DNA of 64,000 bases, from the IMG/VR virus record IMGVR_UViG_3300043932_000239; one strand, 5' to 3'. Below the pieces are notes generated by a model that was not told the DNA's origin, made no database searches, and saw nothing but the letters and a program-made list of their open reading frames with translations. This DNA is from an uncultured virus (IMG/VR IMGVR_UViG_3300043932_000239). Taxonomy: Duplodnaviria > Heunggongvirae > Uroviricota > Caudoviricetes. The translations under genes were made by a program, and so were the position numbers. Positions 8,742-17,143 of this stretch are shown here, in pieces. The number at the start of each line of letters is the position of its first letter. Within the stretch, counting starts at the first letter, position 1.

Positions 8742-10477
8742 TGGGCGACGAGATCCGCAACGACACGGAGTTCCTCTCCGCCCATTGGCTGGAGGAGGGG
8801 TTCCCGACCCGGCGCAGCGCCCTGTACACAGAGTGGCAACGGGCCCACAAGGACGGCCGGCCTGATCCCCTGCACGCAGTCGCCTCGCTGGCCGGTGACT
8901 ACCTGGCGGCCCTGGGCGGCGACCGGGACGACGGCGGGATCACCCAGGCGCACCGCGCATTGGTGACGGCGCTCGGCCTGGCGCCGATCGACCGGGCCGA
9001 CCTCACGATCGAGCGCGACCAGGACCTCGCCCTGCTCCAGGGTGACCGGGACATGGAGGTCCCGGCGCTGCTGGGCGTGAGCGGCCCGTCGGGAACCGCG
9101 CTCATCGTCCTCGACGTCCGTCCGGTCGACGCGGTGGAGGACCTGCTGTCCGACAGCGCCCGGCTCGTGGAACCCCTTCGGGTCGCCGACCAAAGTCACG
9201 CGATGCAGGACGTCCCGGAGGTGGCCAAGGCCTTGTCGGAGGTCCTGGTCGCCGAGGACGCGCCGCGCTACGTCGTGGTCGTGGCCGGTCGGTGGGCGCT
9301 GCTCACGGACGCGGAGCGTTGGAGCGAGGGCCGCTATCTGGGCCTGGACCTGCTGGCCGTGTTCGAGCGGCGCGAGTTGACGTCGGCCGGCGGGCTGGCC
9401 ACGCTGTGCGCGCTGGTCGGTGGCGACGTCCTGCTGCCGGGCGACGACGGCTCGATCGGCATGGACGAGCTGACGAAGGACTCGACGTCCCACGCCGTCG
9501 GCGTCTCCGACGACCTGCGAGACGGTCTGCGCCAGTCCATCGAGATCCTGGCGGGCGACGTCGTGCGGACGGCGGACAGACGGGGTCTGGATCTGGCGGA
9601 TCCCGACCTCCCGCAGCGTCTGGCGCGCGAGTCCCTCCGGTTCCTCTACCGCATCCTGTTCCTGCTCTACGCCGAGGCGCGTCCCGAGCTGGGCATCGTG
9701 CCGGTCGGCGCCCCCGAGTACACGGCGGGATACGGCCTGGACCGCCTGCGCGACCTCATCGGACAGCCGCTGACCACCGATGATGAGCGCAATGGCTCGC
9801 ACCTGCACGATTCCCTGGACGTCCTGTTCCGCATGGTCGCCGGCGGCCTGCCGTCCGTCGATGTCATGCCGGTCGAGGACCTGCGCGCGGACCTGTTCGA
9901 CCGCCGCCGGACAACGCTCATCGACGGTGATCCGAAGGATCCGGACCCGGTCCGGCTGAGCAACGCCGCCCTGCAGCAGGTGCTGACGCTGCTCCTGCTG
10001 TCGAAGCCGAAGAAAGGCAAGCGCCGCGGGTACATCTCATATGCGAACCTCGGCATCAACCAGCTCGGCGCCGTCTACGAGGGCCTGATGTCCTACACCG
10101 GCATCCTGACCACCGAGCCGATGGTGGAGGTCGCGAAGAAGGGCGACCCCTCGAAGGGCTCATGGCTGGTGCCCACGCGGGAGATCGCGAGCTACCGCGA
10201 CGAGGACCTGGTGCGGTGGACCGACCCCGTGACGGGGGAGGAGAAGGTCCGCAGCTACGGCGCGGGCGAGTTCGCCTTCCGCCTGTCCGGTCGCGACCGG
10301 GAGCGGTCGGCGTCCTTCTACACGCCAGAGGTCCTCACCCACTGCGTCGTCGAGCACTCGTTGGCCGAGCTGTTGACGGAGGACACGAGGGCGGAGGACA
10401 TCCTGGAGTTTCGCGTCTGCGAGACTTTCATGTCACGCCGGATACAAACGCGCGCGAACCTCGTTTTGGGCGCTTGA
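8741..10477 (+). pseudogene. N-terminal half of an Eco57I-type/DrmMI-like N6-adenine DNA methyltransferase, interrupted by the prophage
   Basis: LYRILFLLYAEAR, LGAVYEGLM and motif X SASFYTP; native sequence stops at ILEFRVCE (10423), followed by 17 phage-derived codons. Confidence 0.92.
10400..10447. other. attL (core TGCGAG 10418-10423; phage arm GTCACGCCGGATACAA 10432-10447)
   Basis: Core repeated at 59428-59433; arm is a 14/16 inverted repeat of 59406-59421. Confidence 0.92.
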
Positions 10478-10506
10478 TTGGTTCAACTAGCAAGGAGGTG
10501 GTTCAC

Positions 10507-11205
10507 ATGCCGTTGCCCCAATTGTTTCGCCAAAGTGGAACACGAATGGTGACAGTTATTAGCAGCTCATCGGGCACCGATAGTCGTGCTGACTACGAGT
10601 CAGTAGTTCTCAACGATCAAGGAATCGAGAAGGCCTACTTCGGGACCGAGACCCCGGTCTACGAAGGTGATCACATCGAGTTTCCCGATCCTCGTGGCGG
10701 GAAGTTCAGTTACATCGTTACTCGGGTGATCGTCAACGATTTGCCTGGCGGTCCGTTTGCTGGAATGGCTTATACCGAGGCGCACCTGGACAAGAAGGAA
10801 CCCCCGCGTGTAGCACCCATTCGACGCCTCACCATTGATAACTTTCACCCTCGCGTTATCGAGTCAGCAGGAAAGCTCTTCGCAGACGGCCATTTTAGTA
10901 AAGCGGTAACTGAAGCATTTGTGTCTATTGAGGTACGAGTCCGTGGTCTCTTGGGCTCCGAGAATTCCGGCACGAAGCTGATGGATGAAGCCTTTGGTGG
11001 CAAAGACCCAAATCTCTCGGTTGCGCGTCATGAGGGGCGTTCTGGCGAAGATGAGCAAGCCGGGTTTCACGCACTCTTTCGTGGCGCAATGTTAGGTGTG
11101 CGAAACCCGGGGTCTCATGAGCTTGCCTTCGAACAGGATCCGCAAGAAGCCCTCGAACACCTAGCGCTTGCCAGCTTGCTACATCGAAGGCTCGACAATA
11201 ACTAG
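10507..11205 (+). CDS. TIGR02391 (Ymh-like) family protein, candidate defence cargo
   Basis: AGGAGG RBS; HPRVIESAGKLFADGHFSKAVTEAF...GTKLMDEAF...EQAGFHALFRGAMLGVRNPGSH (HEPN-like RxxxxH); visibly lower GC. Confidence 0.8.
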   Translation: MPLPQLFRQSGTRMVTVISSSSGTDSRADYESVVLNDQGIEKAYFGTETPVYEGDHIEFPDPRGGKFSYIVTRVIVNDLPGGPFAGMAYTEAHLDKKEPPRVAPIRRLTIDNFHPRVIESAGKLFADGHFSKAVTEAFVSIEVRVRGLLGSENSGTKLMDEAFGGKDPNLSVARHEGRSGEDEQAGFHALFRGAMLGVRNPGSHELAFEQDPQEALEHLALASLLHRRLDNN

Positions 11206-12791
11206 CGCGGGTCAATGGTGACGGTCTGGGTGCTACCGTCGCGGAAGTGGAAGGTCACGGTGCCGTCGGTGCTGACGGTGCCTTTGTCGAGCAGGGTGAC
11301 GCAGAGGTATGGGCTGAAGACCAACTGTTCAACATTAAGGTTTGCGGTCTCCTCCCTGTAATAGTGGTAGGCGGCCAGTCGGTTGTGCTTGTTTTGGATC
11401 TCGGCGACCACGGCTGCGTGCTCTGCCAAGAGTGCCTGGTGTTGTTGGTGGATAGCGTTGAACGTTTTCTCGTAGGCTTGCTGGTCTTGAGCGACTCGTG
11501 CGTTGTGGGCGATCATCGTTTGAAGCTTCTTGGCCACTTCATTGATTTGAGCGAGCAGCCCGGCGGCCTCAACTTCCAGGTCGCTTGTGTCTAGCGCATC
11601 GAGCACAGCCTGGCTGACGGTCTCGTCGGCGGGTGAGCCGAACCGAAGGCGAACCGCCTTCAAGAACAGGTCTTTGAGTCGTTGATCGCTGATGTGCCCG
11701 GTGGAGCATTTTTCCTGGCCTGAGTATTTGTGGCCGCACCGCCAGATGACCTTTTCGTACTTGGAGCCTGCGTGCCAGGTTTTCGAGCCGAAGAAGTGCC
11801 CGCACTGGCCACAGACGAGGGTGGATGAGAAGGGGCGAGTGCGGTGCTGTGTTCGCTGATCTCCAGCGCCTTTGGCTAGTTCGGCTTGGACGAAGTCCCA
11901 CACTGCTGGGCTGATGATGGCTTCGTGACTGCCGGTGACGTAGTACTGGGGCACCTCGCCTTGGTTGATGACCTGCTTCTTTGTCAGGAAGTCAGCAACA
12001 TAGGACTTTTGCAGGAGGGCGTCGCCCTTGTATTTCTCGTTGGTGAGAATTGCTCGTATGGATTGGTAGTGCCAGGTTTTGTTGCCTGCTGCGGTGAAGG
12101 TGTCTGGTTCGTCAGTGAGGGCGCGCGCGATCATGCCGATGGACATGCCGCTTAGATACATGTTGTAGATCCGGCGCACGGTTTTTGCTTGCTCGGGGTT
12201 GACCACGAGGCTTCCGTCTTCGCCTTTGTCGTAGCCGAGGAACCGGGAGTATGGGATGGTTACTTTGCCGTCGGCGAAGCGTTTACGGTGCCCCCAGGTG
12301 ACGTTCTCGGAGATGGAACGGGCTTCTTCTTGGGCCAGCGAGCTCATGATGGTGATGAGGAGTTCGCCTTTGGCATCGAAGGTCCAGATGCCTTCCTTTT
12401 CGAAGTAGACCTCCACGCCTTTGTCTTTGAGCGCTCGAACGGTGGTGAGCGAGTCAACGGTGTTGCGGGCGAATCGGGAGACGCTCTTTGTGATGATCAG
12501 GTCGATCTTGCCGTTGAGTGCGTCTGCGACCATCTGCTGGAATCCGGCGCGGTGTTTGGTTGAGGTGCCGGTGATGCCTTCGTCGGTGTAGACCTTGACG
12601 AACTGCCAGCCCGCGTGGTCGCTGATGTAGCGGGTGTAGTAGTCGACTTGGGCCTCGTAGGAGGTGACTTGGTCGTCGTGATCGGTGGACACGCGCGCAT
12701 ACCCGGCAACTCGGCGCAGGGTTGTTTGGCCTAGTGGAGTGCCCGTGTGGAGAGCTCGTGTGGCGGGGATCGCGGTGACTGTGCGGGCCAT
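11202..12791 (-). CDS. Large serine recombinase (resolvase + recombinase + Zn ribbon + coiled coil)
   Basis: YARVST catalytic motif, TKSVSRFARN, NEKYKGD, CGQCG...WRC. Confidence 0.95.
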   Translation of the reverse strand: MARTVTAIPATRALHTGTPLGQTTLRRVAGYARVSTDHDDQVTSYEAQVDYYTRYISDHAGWQFVKVYTDEGITGTSTKHRAGFQQMVADALNGKIDLIITKSVSRFARNTVDSLTTVRALKDKGVEVYFEKEGIWTFDAKGELLITIMSSLAQEEARSISENVTWGHRKRFADGKVTIPYSRFLGYDKGEDGSLVVNPEQAKTVRRIYNMYLSGMSIGMIARALTDEPDTFTAAGNKTWHYQSIRAILTNEKYKGDALLQKSYVADFLTKKQVINQGEVPQYYVTGSHEAIISPAVWDFVQAELAKGAGDQRTQHRTRPFSSTLVCGQCGHFFGSKTWHAGSKYEKVIWRCGHKYSGQEKCSTGHISDQRLKDLFLKAVRLRFGSPADETVSQAVLDALDTSDLEVEAAGLLAQINEVAKKLQTMIAHNARVAQDQQAYEKTFNAIHQQHQALLAEHAAVVAEIQNKHNRLAAYHYYREETANLNVEQLVFSPYLCVTLLDKGTVSTDGTVTFHFRDGSTQTVTIDPR

Positions 12792-14237
12792 TTAGCGTTC
12801 GCCTCGCTCGGCACGTAGGCGTGCGGCTTCGGCGGCAGCCACGGCCCTGTATTTAGCTAACGCTTCGGGCGGGGTTGGTGCTTGCCGGGGGTTGTCCAAC
12901 CCGAGCCTTTTGGCTTCAGCCCAGCGGGCACGCACGAGTTCGCTCCAGGCGGCTTTCTTAGCTGGGGTCCACGAGTTCTTCTTCAGCTGTGGATCCCATA
13001 TGCGCTGGATCGTTGTTCCATCGGTCAGGTGGAAGGTGAGGTGGTCTTTGCCTTCGACATCAATGTGGTCGAGGCGTTCACTGACGATTTTGTCATTGAA
13101 GGCGTCGAGGTCGAGGACGTCGGCGATGAGCTGTTTGAGGGCGGTGTCGGAGAGTTCGCGGGTGCCGCAGCTGTGGGCTCGCCCGCTTTTGCGGTTGGTG
13201 CAGATCCAGTGTTCGGTGGTGATGGTGTATTGGGTGCGTGGCTTGCGTACGGAGCGTACGAACGACCGGTCGCAGACCGCGCACCGGATCTTCGAGGTGA
13301 GCGTGACCGTGTTGATCGCCCAGTTCGCCTTCGCTCCGAGTTCTCTGCGCCTAGCGATTTCGGTTTGGACCGCCTCGAAGGTCGCGTGGTCGATGATTGC
13401 GGGGATCGCGTTTTTGACCAGATACTGCGGTAGCTGGCCAGTGTTACGCACCGCTCGACCGGGCCTACCCTCGGGGGTGGACCACCGCCCCAAGACTAGG
13501 TCACCGGTGTAGGCGGGGTTCTTTAAGATGTGGCGCACCCATTCGCCGGGCAGCTTGTTATCGGCCAAATGCTCCACCCTGCCTTCGGTGATGAGCTGGG
13601 CCGCCATCTTCTCGCACGAGACCTTCTCCATGTATTGAGCGAAGATCCAGCGCACCACCTCGGCCTCATCCTCAACGATCTGCACGTCGGTGCCGTCAGC
13701 TGAGTTGGTGTAACCGTACAAGCGGAAGCCGTTCGTTTTGCCTTCTTCGAAACCTTTCCAGATGCGCCACTTCACGTTCTGGCTGATTTGCTCCGATTCT
13801 GCCTGCGCGAACGAGGCCAGCAAGGTGAGCATCAGCTCTCCGTCGGCGCTGGTTGAGGAGATGTTCTCCTTTTCGAATCGCACCTCCACCCCGAGATCCT
13901 TCAGCTCGCGAACGGTCTCGAGGAGGTCAACGGTGTTGCGAGCGAATCGCGAGATCGATTTGGTGAGGATCAGGTCGATCTTGCCGTTGCGAGCAAGGGT
14001 CAGCATTTCTTGGAACTGGGGTCGATTCGTGGTCGTTCCAGAGATCCCAGAATCGGCGAACACTCCGGCGAACGTCCAAGTGGGAGTGTCGTGAATGAGT
14101 TGCTGGTAGTAGGAAACTTGGGTGGACAAGCTCAGCGGTGTGCGCTCGGTTTCAGTGCTGATGCGGGCATACGCTGCCACTTTCACCAGCGTCGAAGTGT
14201 TGACTGGTGGTGGGGTGATTTGCTCCATTCTCTTCAC
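12792..14237 (-). CDS. Large serine recombinase (second, tandem)
   Basis: YARIST, TKSISRFARN, NPAYTGD, CAVC...WIC...C; GTG 14237 with AGGAG RBS. Confidence 0.93.
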   Translation of the reverse strand: MKRMEQITPPPVNTSTLVKVAAYARISTETERTPLSLSTQVSYYQQLIHDTPTWTFAGVFADSGISGTTTNRPQFQEMLTLARNGKIDLILTKSISRFARNTVDLLETVRELKDLGVEVRFEKENISSTSADGELMLTLLASFAQAESEQISQNVKWRIWKGFEEGKTNGFRLYGYTNSADGTDVQIVEDEAEVVRWIFAQYMEKVSCEKMAAQLITEGRVEHLADNKLPGEWVRHILKNPAYTGDLVLGRWSTPEGRPGRAVRNTGQLPQYLVKNAIPAIIDHATFEAVQTEIARRRELGAKANWAINTVTLTSKIRCAVCDRSFVRSVRKPRTQYTITTEHWICTNRKSGRAHSCGTRELSDTALKQLIADVLDLDAFNDKIVSERLDHIDVEGKDHLTFHLTDGTTIQRIWDPQLKKNSWTPAKKAAWSELVRARWAEAKRLGLDNPRQAPTPPEALAKYRAVAAAEAARLRAERGER

Positions 14238-14247
14238 GGTGTTTCTC

Positions 14248-14463
14248 CTAGTCAGACCGGGTTTCAGGTTGTATCCATACATCACTGAAGCCCTCGAGAT
14301 AGTCAACGAAACAGGCTCTTTGCAGCCCGGCAAGCGGCGCATCTGGCTGTTCCAGTTGCTCGCACACCGTGATGGCTTCGCGTGGGGTGAGGATGCCGCG
14401 CTCGAGAAGGGTTTTGACCTCCGTGAGCTGGTGATGGGCTTTAAACTCGGCTGGCAGGTTCAT
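14248..14463 (-). CDS. Small SHOCT-like protein upstream of the recombinases
   Basis: 71 aa with KTLLERGILTPRE pattern; ATGA overlap with the upstream gene. Confidence 0.65.
   Translation of the reverse strand: MNLPAEFKAHHQLTEVKTLLERGILTPREAITVCEQLEQPDAPLAGLQRACFVDYLEGFSDVWIQPETRSD
14277..14306 (-). promoter_or_regulatory. Promoter-like motif class B, TTGACTA-N18-TGTAT
   Basis: Same spacing as copies at 33369, 33871 and 34905; 40 bp upstream of the recombinase start. Confidence 0.6.
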
Positions 14464-14870
14464 CGTTTGCCGCCACGGGTGTTGAAGCGGTGCTGGATGT
14501 AGCAGGGGTGGCAGCAGTACTTACGCTTGGCCGTGCCGCTGCGGACTACCGTGACGTGTTTCCCGCAGTTCGCGCACACCAGTTCCTGGGTGACTACCGT
14601 GCGGTGAGCTGCCCACCACGCCCGGCGACAGACAATGGAGCAGAACTTCGATCCTTTCCGTAAGTCGATCGGCTTGCAGCAGTGCAAACACCACACGCCA
14701 ACGGGATCCGTGACCTGCTCAACGGACGGATCGACGGTGATGCCGTGTCGCAGACAGTAGGTCTTGACGCTGTTGGCGTTCAGTTCCAGGTGCGCGGCAA
14801 TACGAGAGTAGGCAACCCCTGCAGAGCGCATCATCTCGATGTGATGGCGATCAGTCTGGTCTAGAGCCAT
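14460..14870 (-). CDS. HTH plus Cys-rich (Zn-binding) protein
   Basis: ATG 14870 with AGGAGG; YSRIAAHLELNANSVKTYC HTH, then CLHC, FCSIVC, CANCG, YCCHPC. Confidence 0.8.
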   Translation of the reverse strand: MALDQTDRHHIEMMRSAGVAYSRIAAHLELNANSVKTYCLRHGITVDPSVEQVTDPVGVWCLHCCKPIDLRKGSKFCSIVCRRAWWAAHRTVVTQELVCANCGKHVTVVRSGTAKRKYCCHPCYIQHRFNTRGGKR

Positions 14871-14910
14871 GAGGAAGCCCTCCTGGGAACGAGGCGAAAG
14901 GTGGTCGCCT

Positions 14911-14941
14911 ATACGCCCGTCGCACCAGACGAAACCGGACA
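14911..14941 (-). promoter_or_regulatory. Promoter-like motif class A, TGTCCGG-N16-GGGCGTAT
   Basis: Identical boxes and spacing at 45317-45347 and 50239-50269. Confidence 0.75.
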
Positions 14942-15041
14942 GCACACCCAGAAGCGTCTCTGTCGTCTTCGCGCGCCATGGCTCGGGTTGTGCGTCGACG
15001 TTCAATTCGAGGGCCAGGTGAACAACAGTCCCGCAAACGCG

Positions 15042-15084
15042 AAAAAGGGCCCCACCACTACCCGAAGTGGGTAGCAGTGGGGCC
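15042..15084 (-). terminator. Rho-independent terminator after the endolysin
   Basis: GGCCCCAC..CTACCC / GGGTAG..GTGGGGCC stem followed by TTTTT on the - strand. Confidence 0.8.
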
Positions 15085-15103
15085 AGAGTGAGGAACTCAC
15101 TCG

Positions 15104-15928
15104 TCAGGAGAGTTTTTCGTTGACTCGTCGCTGTACTGCGTCGTAGTTAGCGCCGAGCCGTGCGCGACGCTCGGCACCGTTGCCGTATTCACCTCGAATC
15201 ACTGCATCGGCGAGGGCTTCAATGTCGACGGCGGGAGCAGGCGCGGGTGTGAGTCCGAGCTTTTCGTTCACGCGACGTTGGACGGCTTCGTAGTTGGAGC
15301 CGAGCCGCTGGCGTCGTTCGTTTCCGTTGCCGTATTCGCCTCGGATGACAGCGTCGGCAAGGGCGTCAATGTTGACGGCCGGTGTCGGAGCTGGCGCAGG
15401 CTTAGGGGCGGGTGTGGGGTTGCCGGTCATCTGGTCGTACCAGTACTGGGCTCGCGCCATGTAGGTGGCGTTCTGGTCGCCTCCCAGGGACGCAGGGCAG
15501 GCGGTGGCAGCGAACTGGTTGTGGCCGAACACGTTACGTCCCCACGTGGGTCGTCCAAGCCCGTAGTACTTGCACAGGGCTGCGACAAGGTGTGCGCCTT
15601 CTTCGATTGCCTTGTCGGAGATTCGCCATGGGTTTGAGGTGATGTCGGCGTGTTCAATGCCGATGGAGGTCGTGTTGGCTTCCCAGTTGCCTGCATGCCA
15701 GGCGGTGTCACGGTCCCACACGAGCTGACCAATCCGGCCGTTGGAGTCGACTTGGTAGTGGGCGGATGCTTCTCGGGTTTGCCACACCTGGTAGATGCCA
15801 GCGATGGAGAGGTTTCCGGCGTTGTGGTGGATGACGATCTTGTCGATCTTGCGTCCTCCTCGACCCTTGGTGAAGTGGGTCGTGAGGATGCGATCCTCGT
15901 CTGCTTCGAGGGTGTTCCAGTTCTTCAT
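15104..15928 (-). CDS. Endolysin: N-acetylmuramoyl-L-alanine amidase with two Cpl-7 (CW_7) repeats
   Basis: IVIHHNA, SAHYQV, AWHAG, SIGIEH, GH...TACP; two copies of ADAVIRGEYGNG.ERR.RLG.NY.AVQRRVN. Confidence 0.93.
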   Translation of the reverse strand: MKNWNTLEADEDRILTTHFTKGRGGRKIDKIVIHHNAGNLSIAGIYQVWQTREASAHYQVDSNGRIGQLVWDRDTAWHAGNWEANTTSIGIEHADITSNPWRISDKAIEEGAHLVAALCKYYGLGRPTWGRNVFGHNQFAATACPASLGGDQNATYMARAQYWYDQMTGNPTPAPKPAPAPTPAVNIDALADAVIRGEYGNGNERRQRLGSNYEAVQRRVNEKLGLTPAPAPAVDIEALADAVIRGEYGNGAERRARLGANYDAVQRRVNEKLS

Positions 15929-16464
15929 GGTGTTTCGTCCTTTCTGTCAGGTGGGGTGGCGGAGATGTTGTGGTGCTGTGGACCGGGAACCTCACTGTCG
16001 GGGGTGGGTTCTGCTGGCCCGGTTGATGTCGCCGCAGCGTCTGCGTCGAGGGTGTGTTTGCCTCGCGGTCCGGTGGTGGAGATGGCGGCGAGCGCGTCGG
16101 CGAGCTTGTCGGGGATGGGAAGGCCGATGCGGGTGGCGTTCTCGAGGATGGAGAGGCCTTCGTTGGCGAGGTAGAAGAAGATGGTGGCGGTGCGCATGAC
16201 ACCGCCTTCGCCGAGCACGTGAATGTCGATGATGTTGGCCAGGCCCACGAGCGCGAAGATCATCACTTTCCGGGCAATCCCCTTAAAGCCGACGGCCGAG
16301 GACAGGGAGTGCGTGGTGTAGGCGGCGATGACACCGCTGACGTAGTCGAGGATGGTGAGAGCAACGAGGGCGAGGAGGAAACCGTCTGTTCCTCCGAGGA
16401 ACCAACCCACGGCACCTCCAATCGCGGTGAACAAGGTTTCTAAGACGGTCCAGGTGGCGCGCAT
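15925..16464 (-). CDS. Phage holin
   Basis: TM segments with LDYVSGV, GFKGIARK, FYLANEGLSILEN...GLPIP; overlaps the endolysin start. Confidence 0.9.
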   Translation of the reverse strand: MRATWTVLETLFTAIGGAVGWFLGGTDGFLLALVALTILDYVSGVIAAYTTHSLSSAVGFKGIARKVMIFALVGLANIIDIHVLGEGGVMRTATIFFYLANEGLSILENATRIGLPIPDKLADALAAISTTGPRGKHTLDADAAATSTGPAEPTPDSEVPGPQHHNISATPPDRKDETP

Positions 16465-16479
16465 GGGTTCTCCTAACTG

Positions 16480-16695
16480 CTAGATCAGGCCGTTTTCGCC
16501 GGTGAGGATGTCGAGGACTTCCCACGCCACATCCACTGAGGCGGTATGGGCTTGTGGTGGTGGCGTGTCTGCGAGGTCGGCGTCGGCTGGAGGCGTGGCA
16601 ACTGGTGCGGCGTGCTCGCCTTCTTCGATGACGACCTCCAGCCCGCCCTCGGTCTGGCCGCCCTCGTTAATGTCGGGTGCGGATTGGTCATTCAT
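16480..16695 (-). CDS. Small acidic hypothetical phage protein
   Basis: 71 aa; overlaps the upstream gene in the late operon. Confidence 0.55.
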   Translation of the reverse strand: MNDQSAPDINEGGQTEGGLEVVIEEGEHAAPVATPPADADLADTPPPQAHTASVDVAWEVLDILTGENGLI

Positions 16696-17128
16696 CGGTG
16701 TCTCCCGCGTTCAGGTGTGCTTCGAGAGCGTCGAGGAGGTGGTCGTAGGCGTCGGCCTCCTCACCCGACAATCGCTCGTCGAGATTCACGAGGGCGTCGT
16801 GGAGGGTGGCGGCCATGGTCGTATACGACGGTCCCGACAGTTCTGCTTGTTCTGCCATGAGTTCAGCCCGTGCTGCCATGAACGCGAGCGCATCGGCTGA
16901 GGTGGGAAAACGGATAGTGCCGTCCCCATCCACTTCCGGTTTGCCATCCGGGTCGAGGGTGGCGTGTTCGAGGGCGAGCGCGTACTCGGATTCAGCCAAC
17001 GACTGGGCGGCGGCTGTGGCCATGGCGAGCACTTTCGACCTGGCCCGTGAGGCTGCACCGGCCAGTGGCAGCCGGGTGAGCAATGCACACACGGGCAGGA
17101 GGTGGGCGTTGGTGATGATGATGGACAT
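16688..17128 (-). CDS. Hypothetical phage protein (DUF1617-like) following the tail fibre
   Basis: SRARSK...LSGEEADAYDHLLDALE; position between tail and holin. Confidence 0.6.
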   Translation of the reverse strand: MSIIITNAHLLPVCALLTRLPLAGAASRARSKVLAMATAAAQSLAESEYALALEHATLDPDGKPEVDGDGTIRFPTSADALAFMAARAELMAEQAELSGPSYTTMAATLHDALVNLDERLSGEEADAYDHLLDALEAHLNAGDTDE

Positions 17129-17143
17129 GAGGGCCCCCTTTGG

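Noticed and set aside
10162..10506. N-terminal extension of the TIGR02391 ORF across attL (347 aa)
   Set aside because: Off-frame read of MTase DNA; a strong RBS supports ATG 10507
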